From: an uncultured Clostridia bacterium
GTDB lineage: Bacteria; Bacillota; Clostridia; Oscillospirales; CAG-272
DNA: 64,000 bases
NCBI GenBank assembly: GCA_947630625.1
Contig: CANRIL010000001.1
Coordinates: 47,355 to 111,354, forward strand
Direction: 5' to 3'
In this document: positions 47,149 to 56,483 of the stretch, piece after piece
Position numbering within the stretch: the first letter of the stretch is position 1
Layout of the letters: each line of letters begins with the position of its first letter
Position numbers and translations under genes: made by a program
The notes under the pieces: model-generated
Told to the model about the DNA's origin: nothing
What the model saw: the letters and a program-made list of their open reading frames with translations, nothing else
Database searches by the model: none

Positions 47149-48348
47149 ATGCTTTTTGTCGCAATCCTCATTTCAATTTTCATAATTTATATCGCGGAGA
47201 GCAAGCTTTTTGAGAAAAGGTCGTTTGACGATATAGATTACTCCGTCCGTATCAGTACCGAAGAGGCGTTTGAGGGCGAGGATATCTTCATATTTGAGGA
47301 AATAACGAACGGGAAGACGCTTCCAGTGCCTTACGCGAAGGTCGATACGACTCTGCCGCAGGGGCTGATGTTTCGCCTGATGGAGTATGAACACGGCAAG
47401 CTGCGTGACACGATGAAGCCGCACGTTTCGAGCATTTTCATTCTGAAAAGCCGCGAGAAGATAAGCCGCCGCTGGCGCGTCAACTGCATGACGCGGGGCA
47501 TTTATACTGTCGGCAGCGCCGTCGTTGTGGCAAACGATTTGTTTGGCACGAATCCGATCTCGAAAGGGTTTGCGTGTGAACCGAACAAGAGCAACACGAT
47601 CGTCGTTTTGCCGAGGCCGGTCGATCTTGACGCGCATTTTACCTCATCGTACTATCACAGCGGGGATGTAATAGCAAATCACAGCATGCTGTCCGACCCG
47701 CTCCTGATCGAGGGCGCGCGCGATTATACGACGTTTGACCCGATGAACAAGATAAACTGGAAGATGACCGCGTCGCACGGCAAGCTCATGGTCAACCGGG
47801 AATCCTACACGCGCCGCCACCGCTTCAATATAATGCTCAACATGAATTCCCGCGATATCGAGCGCGACAGCGTGAATCCGAGCGACCCCAGAAGCGTTGA
47901 ATTCGCGATAACCGTCTGCGCGTCGCTGCTCGACAGGATATCTGTCGAGAACGTCCCGGTGCGGATAATTTCAAACACGCCGCCGGAAGCCATATCCGAA
48001 GAATACAGGGCGGACAGCGAGGGGATCGGACACGATATCCTGTTTACTCCGGCTTTTGAAGGCAAACGCGACATGATAAACGCGCTGCGCATGCTCGCCG
48101 CCGTCAGGGCTGAGATGTCATGCCCGGTCGAGCGGATGCTCGATTTTATACTTGAGCACAAGGAAGTATTTGCCGAGTCCGGAAATCTCATCGTTGTTTC
48201 GGCGTATATAAGCGAGAGAATGATCGTTTTTCATGACGAGCTGGAGCGTGCCGGCGTCAAGGTGATATTCTATGTTACGACGACGCACAGGAACGCGGAG
48301 ATAATCCCGCCGAACGTGGAAGTCTATTATAAGACATATTTTGACTGA
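47149..48348 (+). CDS. DUF58-domain protein (MoxR partner)
   Basis: It has an N-terminal TM and the DUF58-type core GARDYTTFDPMNKINWKMTASHGKLMV. A GGAGGAG RBS is present. Confidence 0.8.
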   Translation: MLFVAILISIFIIYIAESKLFEKRSFDDIDYSVRISTEEAFEGEDIFIFEEITNGKTLPVPYAKVDTTLPQGLMFRLMEYEHGKLRDTMKPHVSSIFILKSREKISRRWRVNCMTRGIYTVGSAVVVANDLFGTNPISKGFACEPNKSNTIVVLPRPVDLDAHFTSSYYHSGDVIANHSMLSDPLLIEGARDYTTFDPMNKINWKMTASHGKLMVNRESYTRRHRFNIMLNMNSRDIERDSVNPSDPRSVEFAITVCASLLDRISVENVPVRIISNTPPEAISEEYRADSEGIGHDILFTPAFEGKRDMINALRMLAAVRAEMSCPVERMLDFILEHKEVFAESGNLIVVSAYISERMIVFHDELERAGVKVIFYVTTTHRNAEIIPPNVEVYYKTYFD

Positions 48349-48434
48349 AAAGCCGCGAAAAAAATCACGCATCTTGACGTGGCGCACGCATATATGTTAT
48401 CATTAGTAGTATAAAATGAAAAGAGGGGTTGAGC

Positions 48435-49892
48435 ATGTCGGCTGTACGGTATAATATGATATGTAAGTTCCTGTCGGTCATCGCCGTTTCGTCCGTGATC
48501 GCCGAGGTGCTGTATCTGCTTTTCGGATACACAGCGTTTTTGATGTGGCCGATACTTTTGCTGCTTTGCGGGATCGGATACGCGATGCAGGCGATATACG
48601 GAAAAATAACGGGGCATCGCGTCGGGCTGCGCGAGGGTTATACTGATGAGACGGGATATGAGGGGGCGGATAATGCGTTTAAGCCGCTTTACGCCGCAGG
48701 TCCTTTGACGGTCGCGGCGATCGCATCTCTGCTGCTATATAAGCCGTTTGACGCGCTGTTTTTAGCCATAACGAAGATGATACCGGGAATGATATATTCC
48801 GAAAACTCGCTCTTTCCGATAATAATGGTCATCGCAGCCTTCATCGGATTCGGTTCTGGCATAGTTCTCTGGTTTTTCCCCGCGCACCGGATCATCTCGA
48901 TGCGCACGATGCTCGCGTTTCTGCCGGTCATGTTCGCCGTCTTCCTGCTTGCGATTTTTTCAGGAAGACAGACGGGACCCATGGCGGTGTTCCTCATCGT
49001 GTTCGCGCTCTGCTCGATGAACGTATTGAACCAGATCCACATACAGCGCAAGGTAAACGACACGCTTACTGCGATAAACAAGCGGGGCAGAGTTTATAAT
49101 TTCAAACTTATCCTGTTTGTGATGCTGATCGCGGTCGTTGTCGTGACGGTCGTTTTGGCAATAGATGTCGGCGTCTCAAAAATTTTCGGATTCCTGTCTA
49201 TACTCGCGATCGTCACGACGTTAAACGACAGAGCCGAACAGAGCGGCGACCTGAGCCAATATGACAACGCTCAAAACGCATCTTCGGAGCTTGACAATAT
49301 TTTCGGCAAAGGCGCGCCGTTTGGGGAAAAGCTGCTTTTCATCCTTTCTATCCTCCTCTTTATCGGCGGTATAATATTCTATATAACGCGCGCCTCAAAC
49401 GTGACAAAGCGTTTCATAATGCGCGTGAAGGAGTGGTTCCGCGAGCTGTTTCTGTTTTTTATGGACGCATGGCATTATAACGGGGCGGGCGATGAAGATT
49501 CCGGATACGGTCTGCAAAATTACAAGGACGAGGAAATAAAGCTCCAGAACGCCGACATTAACGAGTACGGACGAAAGGCGCAGCCGAACGCGTACAGCTA
49601 TCGCGATTTTCTGTCAAAGCTCAATTCGTTTGAGACGACGACAGAGCGCATAAGATTCGCATATGTGACGATGATGTCCGTGTACAGGTCGCGCGGCATG
49701 GGCAACCGCGTAACGGAAACGCCGCGTGAGACGCGCAAAAGGATACTTTCGCGGACGAACGAAACGGCAATAAAGAGCGCGACGGACGCGATCGAGACTG
49801 TAGATTACATTGAAAAGGAGCTCCCGGAAGACGAGGGCAAACGCGCCATACTTGACATGTGCGGCGTGATTGAAAAGCATTATAATTCATAA
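48435..49892 (+). CDS. polytopic membrane protein with DUF4129-like C-terminus
   Basis: ATG 48435 follows AAGAGGGG (ORF-track start TTG 48429). It has ~9 hydrophobic helices. The cytoplasmic C-terminus ...YRDFLSKL...VTETPRETRKRI... resembles DUF4129, as seen in MoxR/DUF58 clusters. Confidence 0.6.
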   Translation: MSAVRYNMICKFLSVIAVSSVIAEVLYLLFGYTAFLMWPILLLLCGIGYAMQAIYGKITGHRVGLREGYTDETGYEGADNAFKPLYAAGPLTVAAIASLLLYKPFDALFLAITKMIPGMIYSENSLFPIIMVIAAFIGFGSGIVLWFFPAHRIISMRTMLAFLPVMFAVFLLAIFSGRQTGPMAVFLIVFALCSMNVLNQIHIQRKVNDTLTAINKRGRVYNFKLILFVMLIAVVVVTVVLAIDVGVSKIFGFLSILAIVTTLNDRAEQSGDLSQYDNAQNASSELDNIFGKGAPFGEKLLFILSILLFIGGIIFYITRASNVTKRFIMRVKEWFRELFLFFMDAWHYNGAGDEDSGYGLQNYKDEEIKLQNADINEYGRKAQPNAYSYRDFLSKLNSFETTTERIRFAYVTMMSVYRSRGMGNRVTETPRETRKRILSRTNETAIKSATDAIETVDYIEKELPEDEGKRAILDMCGVIEKHYNS

Positions 49893-49927
49893 ACATAATC
49901 AATCTATGAGGAAGGGAGTGCGCGAGC

Positions 49928-51604
49928 ATGAGAGGAATTGACATACCGACGCCGTTTATTGTACTTTGCTTTGTATTCGGGGCGTGGCCGGTAGGCGTCG
50001 TGCTCGCGATACTCAAGTCGATCAACAACGACTATAAAAAGGAGCAGAAGCGCCAGCAGGAGCGTTTCGGCAGCTTCGGCGCAGCCGGGACAGCGCCGGG
50101 GCAGAACGGTTTCGGCAGTGCGCCCGGTCAGGGCGGCGCATCCGGACAGAACGGAATGCCCGGACAGGGCGGCTTTCCCGGTCAGGGCAGCGCACCCGGG
50201 CAGAGCGGTTTCGCCGGGCAAGGCGGCTTCGCCGGACAGGGCAGCGCACCCGGTCAGAACGGCACCCAGCAGCAGGGCGGGGGCGCATATTATGCCGCAT
50301 CTACCGGATACAGAGCGCCGGAGGAACCGGAAGGACCTAACGGCACGACGTATCACTACAGCTACGTGAAAAACAAACAGAACAGTGGAGGTGTCGGCAG
50401 CGCGCCTCCGCAGACCGGCGCGTATACAGGTTACGGCAGACCGAGCCGACCGGCTTACGGAATGCCCGGAGCGCAGGGAGCTTCCGGAACCCAAGGCGCG
50501 CAGGGCGCGCGCGGAACGCAGGAAACGCAGACGGCGCAGGGAACGCAGACGGCGCAGGGAGCGCCGTCGCAGCCGCCCGTGGATAGATCGGGCGTGCGCT
50601 GGTCGGGACCTTTTCGCCGTTCGGGCGCGACCGTTTTTTCGACCGTTTTGTTCGTTATTTCGCTCGTTGTCAGCGTTGTCCTTTTCCTTTCCGCGATCTT
50701 AAGCATACCGTCGCTTGGATTGGCGGAAGCAAGCGGTCACATATTGACGGCGATGATGTCATCGAGCATCACGGCGGTGGTCTATCTTTTCCGTCAGTTC
50801 TATAAATCGCGCGATTACAGGATCATCGGTTATCTCTCGGCGCTTCACGGCGAGAGGTACTGTTCAATTGCAAAGCTCGCCGACATGGCGGACGTTTCGA
50901 CGGGGCGCGTCATCAAAGACCTGCACTATATGCAGTCAAAGGGGCTTCTGCCCGCAGAGGCGGTGATCGACCGCGGGCTCGGCTACCTCGTGCTTTTCAA
51001 AAGCGCGAGAGCGGAGGCGGAGGCTGACAGCCGGGCGGGGTCGACCGGTAAAGCCGAATCCGACAAGCAGAAGGCGAAGACAGAGCAGAAGACGAGCGAC
51101 GAGATCAAAACCGAAATGTCCGAGCACGAGCAGATACTGCACCGTATCAGGGAGCTGAACAACGACATCGACGATGTGACCGTCTCCGAAAAAATCGACA
51201 AGATCGAATCGCTGACGCGGAAAATATTCAAGCTCGTGGAAGAAAAGCCCGAAATGGAAAAGCAGCTCGACTCGTTTTTGTCATATTATCTGCCGACAAC
51301 GCTGAAGCTTCTGAACGCATACGCGTACTTTGAAGATCAGGGCGTCCGGGGAGAAAACATCGACATGGGGATGAGGAATATCGAGGAAACGCTCGATATG
51401 CTCATTGACGGGTACAAAACGCAGCTTGACAAGCTGTTCGAATCTGACACGCTTGATGTCACGACCGATATAAACGTTCTCGAACAGATGATGAAGGCGG
51501 ACGGCTTTACGTCGGGCAGCGATTTCACGGTTTCGGACGGATTCGGAGGCGGCGCTGCCGCGGCGGAAGCGCCGACAGAGGACAAAAAGACGGAGGACGA
51601 ATGA
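49928..51604 (+). CDS. membrane protein: TM, G/Q/P low-complexity region, two TMs, wHTH-like segment, XpaC-like C-terminal domain
   Basis: 558 aa. SIAKLADMADVSTGRVIKDLHYMQSKGLL looks like a DeoR-type HTH. The C-terminus LDSFLSYYLPTTLKLLNAYAYFE...NIEETLDML...QLDKLFESD resembles the XpaC (5-bromo-4-chloroindolyl phosphate hydrolysis) family from memory. Confidence 0.55.
   Translation: MRGIDIPTPFIVLCFVFGAWPVGVVLAILKSINNDYKKEQKRQQERFGSFGAAGTAPGQNGFGSAPGQGGASGQNGMPGQGGFPGQGSAPGQSGFAGQGGFAGQGSAPGQNGTQQQGGGAYYAASTGYRAPEEPEGPNGTTYHYSYVKNKQNSGGVGSAPPQTGAYTGYGRPSRPAYGMPGAQGASGTQGAQGARGTQETQTAQGTQTAQGAPSQPPVDRSGVRWSGPFRRSGATVFSTVLFVISLVVSVVLFLSAILSIPSLGLAEASGHILTAMMSSSITAVVYLFRQFYKSRDYRIIGYLSALHGERYCSIAKLADMADVSTGRVIKDLHYMQSKGLLPAEAVIDRGLGYLVLFKSARAEAEADSRAGSTGKAESDKQKAKTEQKTSDEIKTEMSEHEQILHRIRELNNDIDDVTVSEKIDKIESLTRKIFKLVEEKPEMEKQLDSFLSYYLPTTLKLLNAYAYFEDQGVRGENIDMGMRNIEETLDMLIDGYKTQLDKLFESDTLDVTTDINVLEQMMKADGFTSGSDFTVSDGFGGGAAAAEAPTEDKKTEDE
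50075..50573 (+). repeat. in-frame low-complexity tandem repeats (GQGGF/GQGSAP and GTQ/AQG units)
   Basis: The translated region is GAAGTAPGQNGFGSAPGQGGASGQNGMPGQGGFPGQGSAPGQSGFAGQGGFAGQGSAPGQNG ... GAQGASGTQGAQGARGTQETQTAQGTQTAQGAP. The underlying DNA carries imperfect direct repeats. Confidence 0.8.
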
Positions 51605-51605
51605 G

Positions 51606-52163
51606 ATGTACGAATACAGCAACGGCAACATTTTGACTGACAGGCTGACCCTTCGCCCGTTCACGCTCGACGATGCCGACGATGTCACGGAAATGTGCGC
51701 CACAGGAACGATACAGCGGACGGCTCCGCTGCCGTACCCGTATACGAAGGAAAACGCTGTCCTTTGGATATCGGCGCACGAAGAAAACAGAAGGAGCAGA
51801 ATTTCATACGATTTCGCCGTGACAGACAGGGAGAGCGGGAAACTCTACGGCGCGATCTCCCTTATGATGCGCGTCAGAAATTCGCCGACGGCGGAGCTCG
51901 GCTACTGGATAGGCGAAAAATACTGGAATCGCGGTTACGCGACCGAGGCGGCGCGCGCGATGATCGAATACGCGTTTTCCGAACTCATGCTTCACCGCGT
52001 CTTCGCGCGCCATTACGGCTCGAATATTGCGTCAGGACGCGTCATGCAGAAGGCGGGGATGAAGCAGGAGGGAGTGATGCGCGATCACCTCTTTGTCAAC
52101 GGGCGGTATGAGGATTCGGTCATATACGGCATCGTCAGTATGGACTACGACACATACGGCTGA
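51606..52163 (+). CDS. GNAT N-acetyltransferase (RimJ/RimL-like)
   Basis: Motifs are LTLRPFTLDDADDV, ELGYWIGEKYWNRGYATEAARAMIEYAF and HRVFARH. The ATG lies 1 nt after the upstream stop. Confidence 0.85.
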   Translation: MYEYSNGNILTDRLTLRPFTLDDADDVTEMCATGTIQRTAPLPYPYTKENAVLWISAHEENRRSRISYDFAVTDRESGKLYGAISLMMRVRNSPTAELGYWIGEKYWNRGYATEAARAMIEYAFSELMLHRVFARHYGSNIASGRVMQKAGMKQEGVMRDHLFVNGRYEDSVIYGIVSMDYDTYG

Positions 52164-52660
52164 TGAAAAAAGCGATAGTTATAGGCAGCCCCGGGTCGGG
52201 AAAGTCCACGTTCGCGCGGCGTCTGCGCGACGCCGCGGGGCTGCCGCTTTTTTATCTTGATATGATCTGGCACCTGCCGGACAAAACGAACGTCACGCGC
52301 GAAGAGTTTGACGCGCGCCTTGCGGATATCCTCGCACGCAATGAGTGGATAATCGACGGCAACTACAACCGCACGCTTGAGGTGCGGCTGCGCGCGTGCG
52401 ACACTGTTTTTCTGTTCGATCTGCCGACAGACGTATGTCTTGAGGGCGTTAGACGCCGCATCGGGACAAAAAGGGAAGATATGCCGTGGGTCGAGGAAGA
52501 ATTCGATCCGGAGTTTTACGAATGGATAACAAATTTCCGCCGCGACAGTCTTCCGCGCGTGTATGAGCTGCTCGAAATGTACGGGGAGGGGAAAGACGTT
52601 GTTATTTTTCATTCGCGCGAGGAGGCGGACGCATGGATCATGAGGCTGTCGGGTCGTTGA
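52163..52660 (+). CDS. P-loop kinase-like protein (adenylate kinase / topology modulation FlaR-like)
   Basis: It starts MKKAIVIGSPGSGKSTFARRL and has WIIDGNY. The start overlaps the upstream stop (TGATG). Confidence 0.75.
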   Translation: MKKAIVIGSPGSGKSTFARRLRDAAGLPLFYLDMIWHLPDKTNVTREEFDARLADILARNEWIIDGNYNRTLEVRLRACDTVFLFDLPTDVCLEGVRRRIGTKREDMPWVEEEFDPEFYEWITNFRRDSLPRVYELLEMYGEGKDVVIFHSREEADAWIMRLSGR

Positions 52661-52703
52661 AACGCGGCTTTGACATTAAAAGGCAGTAGCATCATTACAT
52701 AAT

Positions 52704-52746
52704 AAAAAAAAGTCCGCGGGCAAAATGACGCGGACTTTGTTTATTT
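52704..52746. terminator. bidirectional rho-independent terminator
   Basis: An A-run (52704-52710), then AGTCCGCG (52711-52718) / CGCGGACT (52729-52736), then TTGTTTATTT. Confidence 0.8.
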
Positions 52747-52892
52747 AAGCGGGGTATTGCTCATCTGTGCATCTGTTGTTGAATGCGGAAAGCTTGTTTT
52801 TTGCTGCCGGATGGGGAATTGCCGGGAGCTTCAAATGATTCAAGCGCCTCGGTCAAACGATCGAGGCTTTCCTTATACAAAAGTTTCAGCTA

Positions 52893-52944
52893 ATTGAGAA
52901 AAGCGAGGGAGAAAAACTTCTTTCGAAAAGTTTTTCTCCCTCGC
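52893..52944 (-). terminator. terminator of the decarboxylase operon
   Basis: 17-bp stem GCGAGGGAGAAAAACTT (52903-52919) / AAGTTTTTCTCCCTCGC (52928-52944). On the minus strand it is followed by TTTTCTCAATT. Confidence 0.8.
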
Positions 52945-52965
52945 AAAATTACTTGATCTATCTCA

Positions 52966-54363
52966 TCACACAGGATGGACTTTCAGTTCCTTGTCGGCGT
53001 GTTCGGCGTCGAGATGGTACTTCGCGGCTTTTCTCGCCTCGAAGAACTTCGTTGCGACCTGACCGAACAGTGCGTACGAAAGAACGTCTTCATCCTGCTC
53101 GATGTACTGCGGGATCTCGGCGCGGAGCTTATCGAGCTCGGGCTCAAGGTCGTCGGCAGGGCGGTAATCCTTCGGCTTGACATCGCCGATGATGGAACGG
53201 CGGAATTCGGGATCAATGGGCGCCGGCGTTCTGCCGTAGTCGCCCTTGAGTATGCCCTTGAATTCGTTCGTGCACATCTTATAGCGTTCGCCTGTAAGGA
53301 CATTCATGACCGCCTGTGTTCCGACTATCTGAGATGTCGGCGTGACGAGCGGGATATATCCGGCGTCGGCACGGACGCGCGGGACCTCTTCGAGAACATC
53401 GTTTAAGAGCTCGGACTTTCCGGCGTTCTTGAGCTGCGAGATCAGATTCGAGTACATTCCGCCCGGTATCTGGTAAAGCAGCGTGTTGACGTTGACCTTG
53501 AGCACCTTCGGGTCGAGCAGACCTGATGCGAGGTACTTCTCGCGCAGAGGCGTGAAGTAGCGGTTGATCTTGTCGAGCTGATTGAGGTCGAGCCCCGTGT
53601 CATATTCGGTTCCGGCGAGCGCCGCAACGATAGGCTCCGTCGGCGGCTGGGATGTGCCCATTGCCATCGGGGAGATCGCGCAGTCGACGATATCAACGCC
53701 GGCTTCGACCGCCTTCAGCACTGTCATTGACGCCATGCCGGACGTGTAGTGCGTGTGCAGCTCGACCGGGAGCGAGCATTTTTCCTTTATCGCCTTGACG
53801 AGCGAGTACGCGTTATACGGAAGGAGCAGACCTGCCATATCCTTGATGCAGATGGAGTCTGCGCCCATCTCCTCAAGTTCCTTCGCGTAGTTTGCGAAGT
53901 ATTCATTGTTGTGAACGGGGCTCGTCGTATAGCTTATCGCCGCCTGGACGTGACCGCCCTCTTTCCTCGTCGCGTCTATTGCCGTCTTGAGGTTTCGGGA
54001 GTCGTTGAGCGCGTCAAATATACGGATTATGTCGATGCCGTTTGCGATGGACTTCTGAACAAAGTATTCGACAACGTCATCTGCATAGTGACGGTAGCCA
54101 AGGATGTTCTGACCGCGGAAGAGCATCTGCAACTTCGTGTTCTTCACGCCTGCGCGAATCTTGCGCAGCCTGTCCCACGGGTCCTCGTTGAGGAAACGGA
54201 GGCAAGAGTCGAATGTCGCGCCGCCCCATGCCTCGAGGGCGTTATATCCGACCTTATCAAGCTCGGACAAAATCGGCAGCATTTCTTCCGTCGTCATGCG
54301 CGTCGCGATCAAGGACTGATGCGAATCGCGCAGGACTGTTTCGGTAATTTTAACCTTTGCCAT
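52966..54363 (-). CDS. oxaloacetate decarboxylase alpha / transcarboxylase 5S-type carboxyltransferase, without biotinyl domain
   Basis: 465 aa. Motifs are ITETVLRDSHQSL, EAWGGATFD, RGQNILGYRHY, IKDMAGLL and HTHYTSGMA. There is no AMKM biotinylation motif. Confidence 0.85.
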   Translation of the reverse strand: MAKVKITETVLRDSHQSLIATRMTTEEMLPILSELDKVGYNALEAWGGATFDSCLRFLNEDPWDRLRKIRAGVKNTKLQMLFRGQNILGYRHYADDVVEYFVQKSIANGIDIIRIFDALNDSRNLKTAIDATRKEGGHVQAAISYTTSPVHNNEYFANYAKELEEMGADSICIKDMAGLLLPYNAYSLVKAIKEKCSLPVELHTHYTSGMASMTVLKAVEAGVDIVDCAISPMAMGTSQPPTEPIVAALAGTEYDTGLDLNQLDKINRYFTPLREKYLASGLLDPKVLKVNVNTLLYQIPGGMYSNLISQLKNAGKSELLNDVLEEVPRVRADAGYIPLVTPTSQIVGTQAVMNVLTGERYKMCTNEFKGILKGDYGRTPAPIDPEFRRSIIGDVKPKDYRPADDLEPELDKLRAEIPQYIEQDEDVLSYALFGQVATKFFEARKAAKYHLDAEHADKELKVHPV

Positions 54364-54387
54364 ATTGTTATATTCCTTTCTGACTGA

Positions 54388-55590
54388 TTAGAGAGCGTAG
54401 AGGGAGAGAAGAACTCCGGCAGCAACTGCGGAGCCGATAACGCCCGCGACGTTCGGCCCCATTGCGTGCATGAGCAGGAAGTTGGACGGGTCCTCCTTCT
54501 GGCCGACCGTCTGCGAAACTCTCGCCGCCATAGGAACGGCGGAAACTCCGGCGGAACCGATGAGCGGGTTGATCTTGCCGCGCGTGACGACGCAGAGTAT
54601 CTTGCCGGTGATAAGTCCGCCGATAGTTGAGAAGCAGAAGGCGATAAGGCCGAGGACGATAATTCCAAGCGTCGTCGGCGAGAGGAAGCTCGACGCGTTA
54701 GCGGTTGCACCTACGGAGACGCCGAGGAAGATCGTGCATATGTTGATCAGCTCATTCTGCGTCGTCTTGGAAAGGCGGTCTGTAACGCCGGTGACCTTGA
54801 AAAGGTTGCCGAGCATCAAAAATCCTATCAGCGGAGCCGCGGCGGGAACGACCATCGTGACGACAAGCGTGACTATGATGGGGAAGATCACGAGCTCGAT
54901 TTTTGAAACGGGGCGGAGCGTAGACATTTTGATCGCGCGCTCTTTCTTCGTTGTCAAAAGCTTCATGAACGGCGGCTGAATGAACGGGATGAGCGCCATA
55001 TAGCTGTAAGCCGCGATCGCGATCGCGCCGAGCAGCTGAGGCGCGAGCGTCTTAGTGACGAGGATCGCCGTCGGTCCGTCAGCGCCGCCGATGATGCCGA
55101 TAGCGGCGGCTGCCGCGGGAGCGAATCCGAGGAACAGCGCGCCGAAGAACGCGAAGAATACGCCGAACTGCGCGCCCGCGCCCATCATCAGCGAAATCGG
55201 GTTAGAGATAAGCGGTGAAAAGTCTGTCATGGCTCCGACGCCCATAAATATGAGCGACGGATATATGCCGAGCTTGACTCCGAGATACAGGATATCGACG
55301 AGCCCGCCCTCGTTGACGACCTCTTTAAGTGTGTCGACAAGCGTGTGGTTGGGGTCATCGTTTATAAAGAAATCCATGTGGATCAGATCGGCGCCCGGCA
55401 GGTTTGCGAGCAGCATTCCGAATGCGATCGGCACAAGCAGAAGCGGCTCAAACTGTTTAACGACACCGAGATAGAACAGCACGCCGACTATCACATACAT
55501 GATCAGAGTCTTATAAAACTCCGGATCGGCGATGAGCTGGGCAAATCCCGTTGTCTCAACGAAATTTTTTACGAATTCCAAACCGGTCAC
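54388..55590 (-). CDS. Na+-translocating decarboxylase beta subunit
   Basis: Polytopic. FEPLLLVPIAFGMLLANLP, GIIGGADGPTAI and NFLLMHAMGPNVAGVIGSAVAAG are typical of OadB/MmdB/GcdB. The start is GTG 55590 or TTG 55581. Confidence 0.9.
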   Translation of the reverse strand: MTGLEFVKNFVETTGFAQLIADPEFYKTLIMYVIVGVLFYLGVVKQFEPLLLVPIAFGMLLANLPGADLIHMDFFINDDPNHTLVDTLKEVVNEGGLVDILYLGVKLGIYPSLIFMGVGAMTDFSPLISNPISLMMGAGAQFGVFFAFFGALFLGFAPAAAAAIGIIGGADGPTAILVTKTLAPQLLGAIAIAAYSYMALIPFIQPPFMKLLTTKKERAIKMSTLRPVSKIELVIFPIIVTLVVTMVVPAAAPLIGFLMLGNLFKVTGVTDRLSKTTQNELINICTIFLGVSVGATANASSFLSPTTLGIIVLGLIAFCFSTIGGLITGKILCVVTRGKINPLIGSAGVSAVPMAARVSQTVGQKEDPSNFLLMHAMGPNVAGVIGSAVAAGVLLSLYAL

Positions 55591-55629
55591 ACTCCTTAAG
55601 TATAGTTATATCCGAGATAAATATGATAC

Positions 55630-56028
55630 TTATGAGAGCGCGACGAGCAGATCACCGGTCGAAACGGATGCGCCGGACGAAACCGCGACTGTGGCGACCG
55701 TGCCGTCCTGCGGGGCAAGGATCTCGTTTTCCATCTTCATCGCTTCGAGCACGCAGAGGTTGTCGCCCTTCTTGACCGCGTCGCCGACCTTGACGTTTAC
55801 CTTGAGAATGTTGCCGGGCATCGGAGCGTTTACTTTGACCGCGCCTGCCGGAGCCGATACGGGCGCTGATTTCGGCGCCTCTTTGGGAGCGGCTGTTTCT
55901 GCGGGAGCTTTTGCGGGAGCGGGAACTGCTGCCGCGGGTGCCTGTGCGGGCGCGGATGCGACGGCGCCTGCCTCCTCGACGGTTACTTCATAAACTGTAC
56001 CGTTGACTGTTACGTTGTACTTTTTCAT
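55630..56028 (-). CDS. biotin carboxyl carrier protein
   Basis: 132 aa with an Ala/Pro-rich linker and a biotinyl domain carrying CVLEAMKMENEI. Confidence 0.9.
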   Translation of the reverse strand: MKKYNVTVNGTVYEVTVEEAGAVASAPAQAPAAAVPAPAKAPAETAAPKEAPKSAPVSAPAGAVKVNAPMPGNILKVNVKVGDAVKKGDNLCVLEAMKMENEILAPQDGTVATVAVSSGASVSTGDLLVALS

Positions 56029-56052
56029 GGTGGTTATTATCCTTTCCGAAAA

Positions 56053-56469
56053 TTACTTGGATTTGTTCCACGGGGAGGCGTGCTCCGCGCGTCTGAATGA
56101 TACTACTCTGAATCCGGATGCGAACTCTTCATCGCCCTCCGTATAGGCGGCGATCGCCGTCGTTATCGCCGCGACGAGAGCGCCGTTTTCCTCAGCATCT
56201 GCTCTGGGCGCTTCTTCAACCGGGGCGGGGACGCGGACCGGGATCTGTGTCGGGATCTGCGGCGCGGTTACCTTAGGCTCGGCTTTCTTCTCGCGATAGA
56301 ATATGACGCGGAATAAAAGCAGAACGAGCCAGAGGATCAGGAGCACCGCGAAGACCGTACACATTCCGAGCGCCATCACCGTAAGACCGGTCGAAAGCTT
56401 ATCACCTATGGTAGGAAGCTCGCGCAGGCCATCGGCGTTCGCGTCAAGTAAAAAGTTGTAAAGTCTCAT
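56053..56469 (-). CDS. OadG-family small membrane subunit (decarboxylase gamma/delta)
   Basis: One TM (GLTVMALGMCTVFAVLLILWLVLLLF), a Pro-rich linker and ALVAAITTAIAAY. Confidence 0.75.
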   Translation of the reverse strand: MRLYNFLLDANADGLRELPTIGDKLSTGLTVMALGMCTVFAVLLILWLVLLLFRVIFYREKKAEPKVTAPQIPTQIPVRVPAPVEEAPRADAEENGALVAAITTAIAAYTEGDEEFASGFRVVSFRRAEHASPWNKSK

Positions 56470-56483
56470 TTATGCTCCTTTCA

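Noticed and set aside
52747-52892. An intergenic ~150 nt between two terminators containing small hairpins (GCCTCG/CGAGGC) and a 36-codon ORF, considered as a possible sRNA or micropeptide.
   Set aside because: No promoter-like box, RBS or strong structure followed by a T-run could be identified. It is probably spacer DNA between convergent operons.
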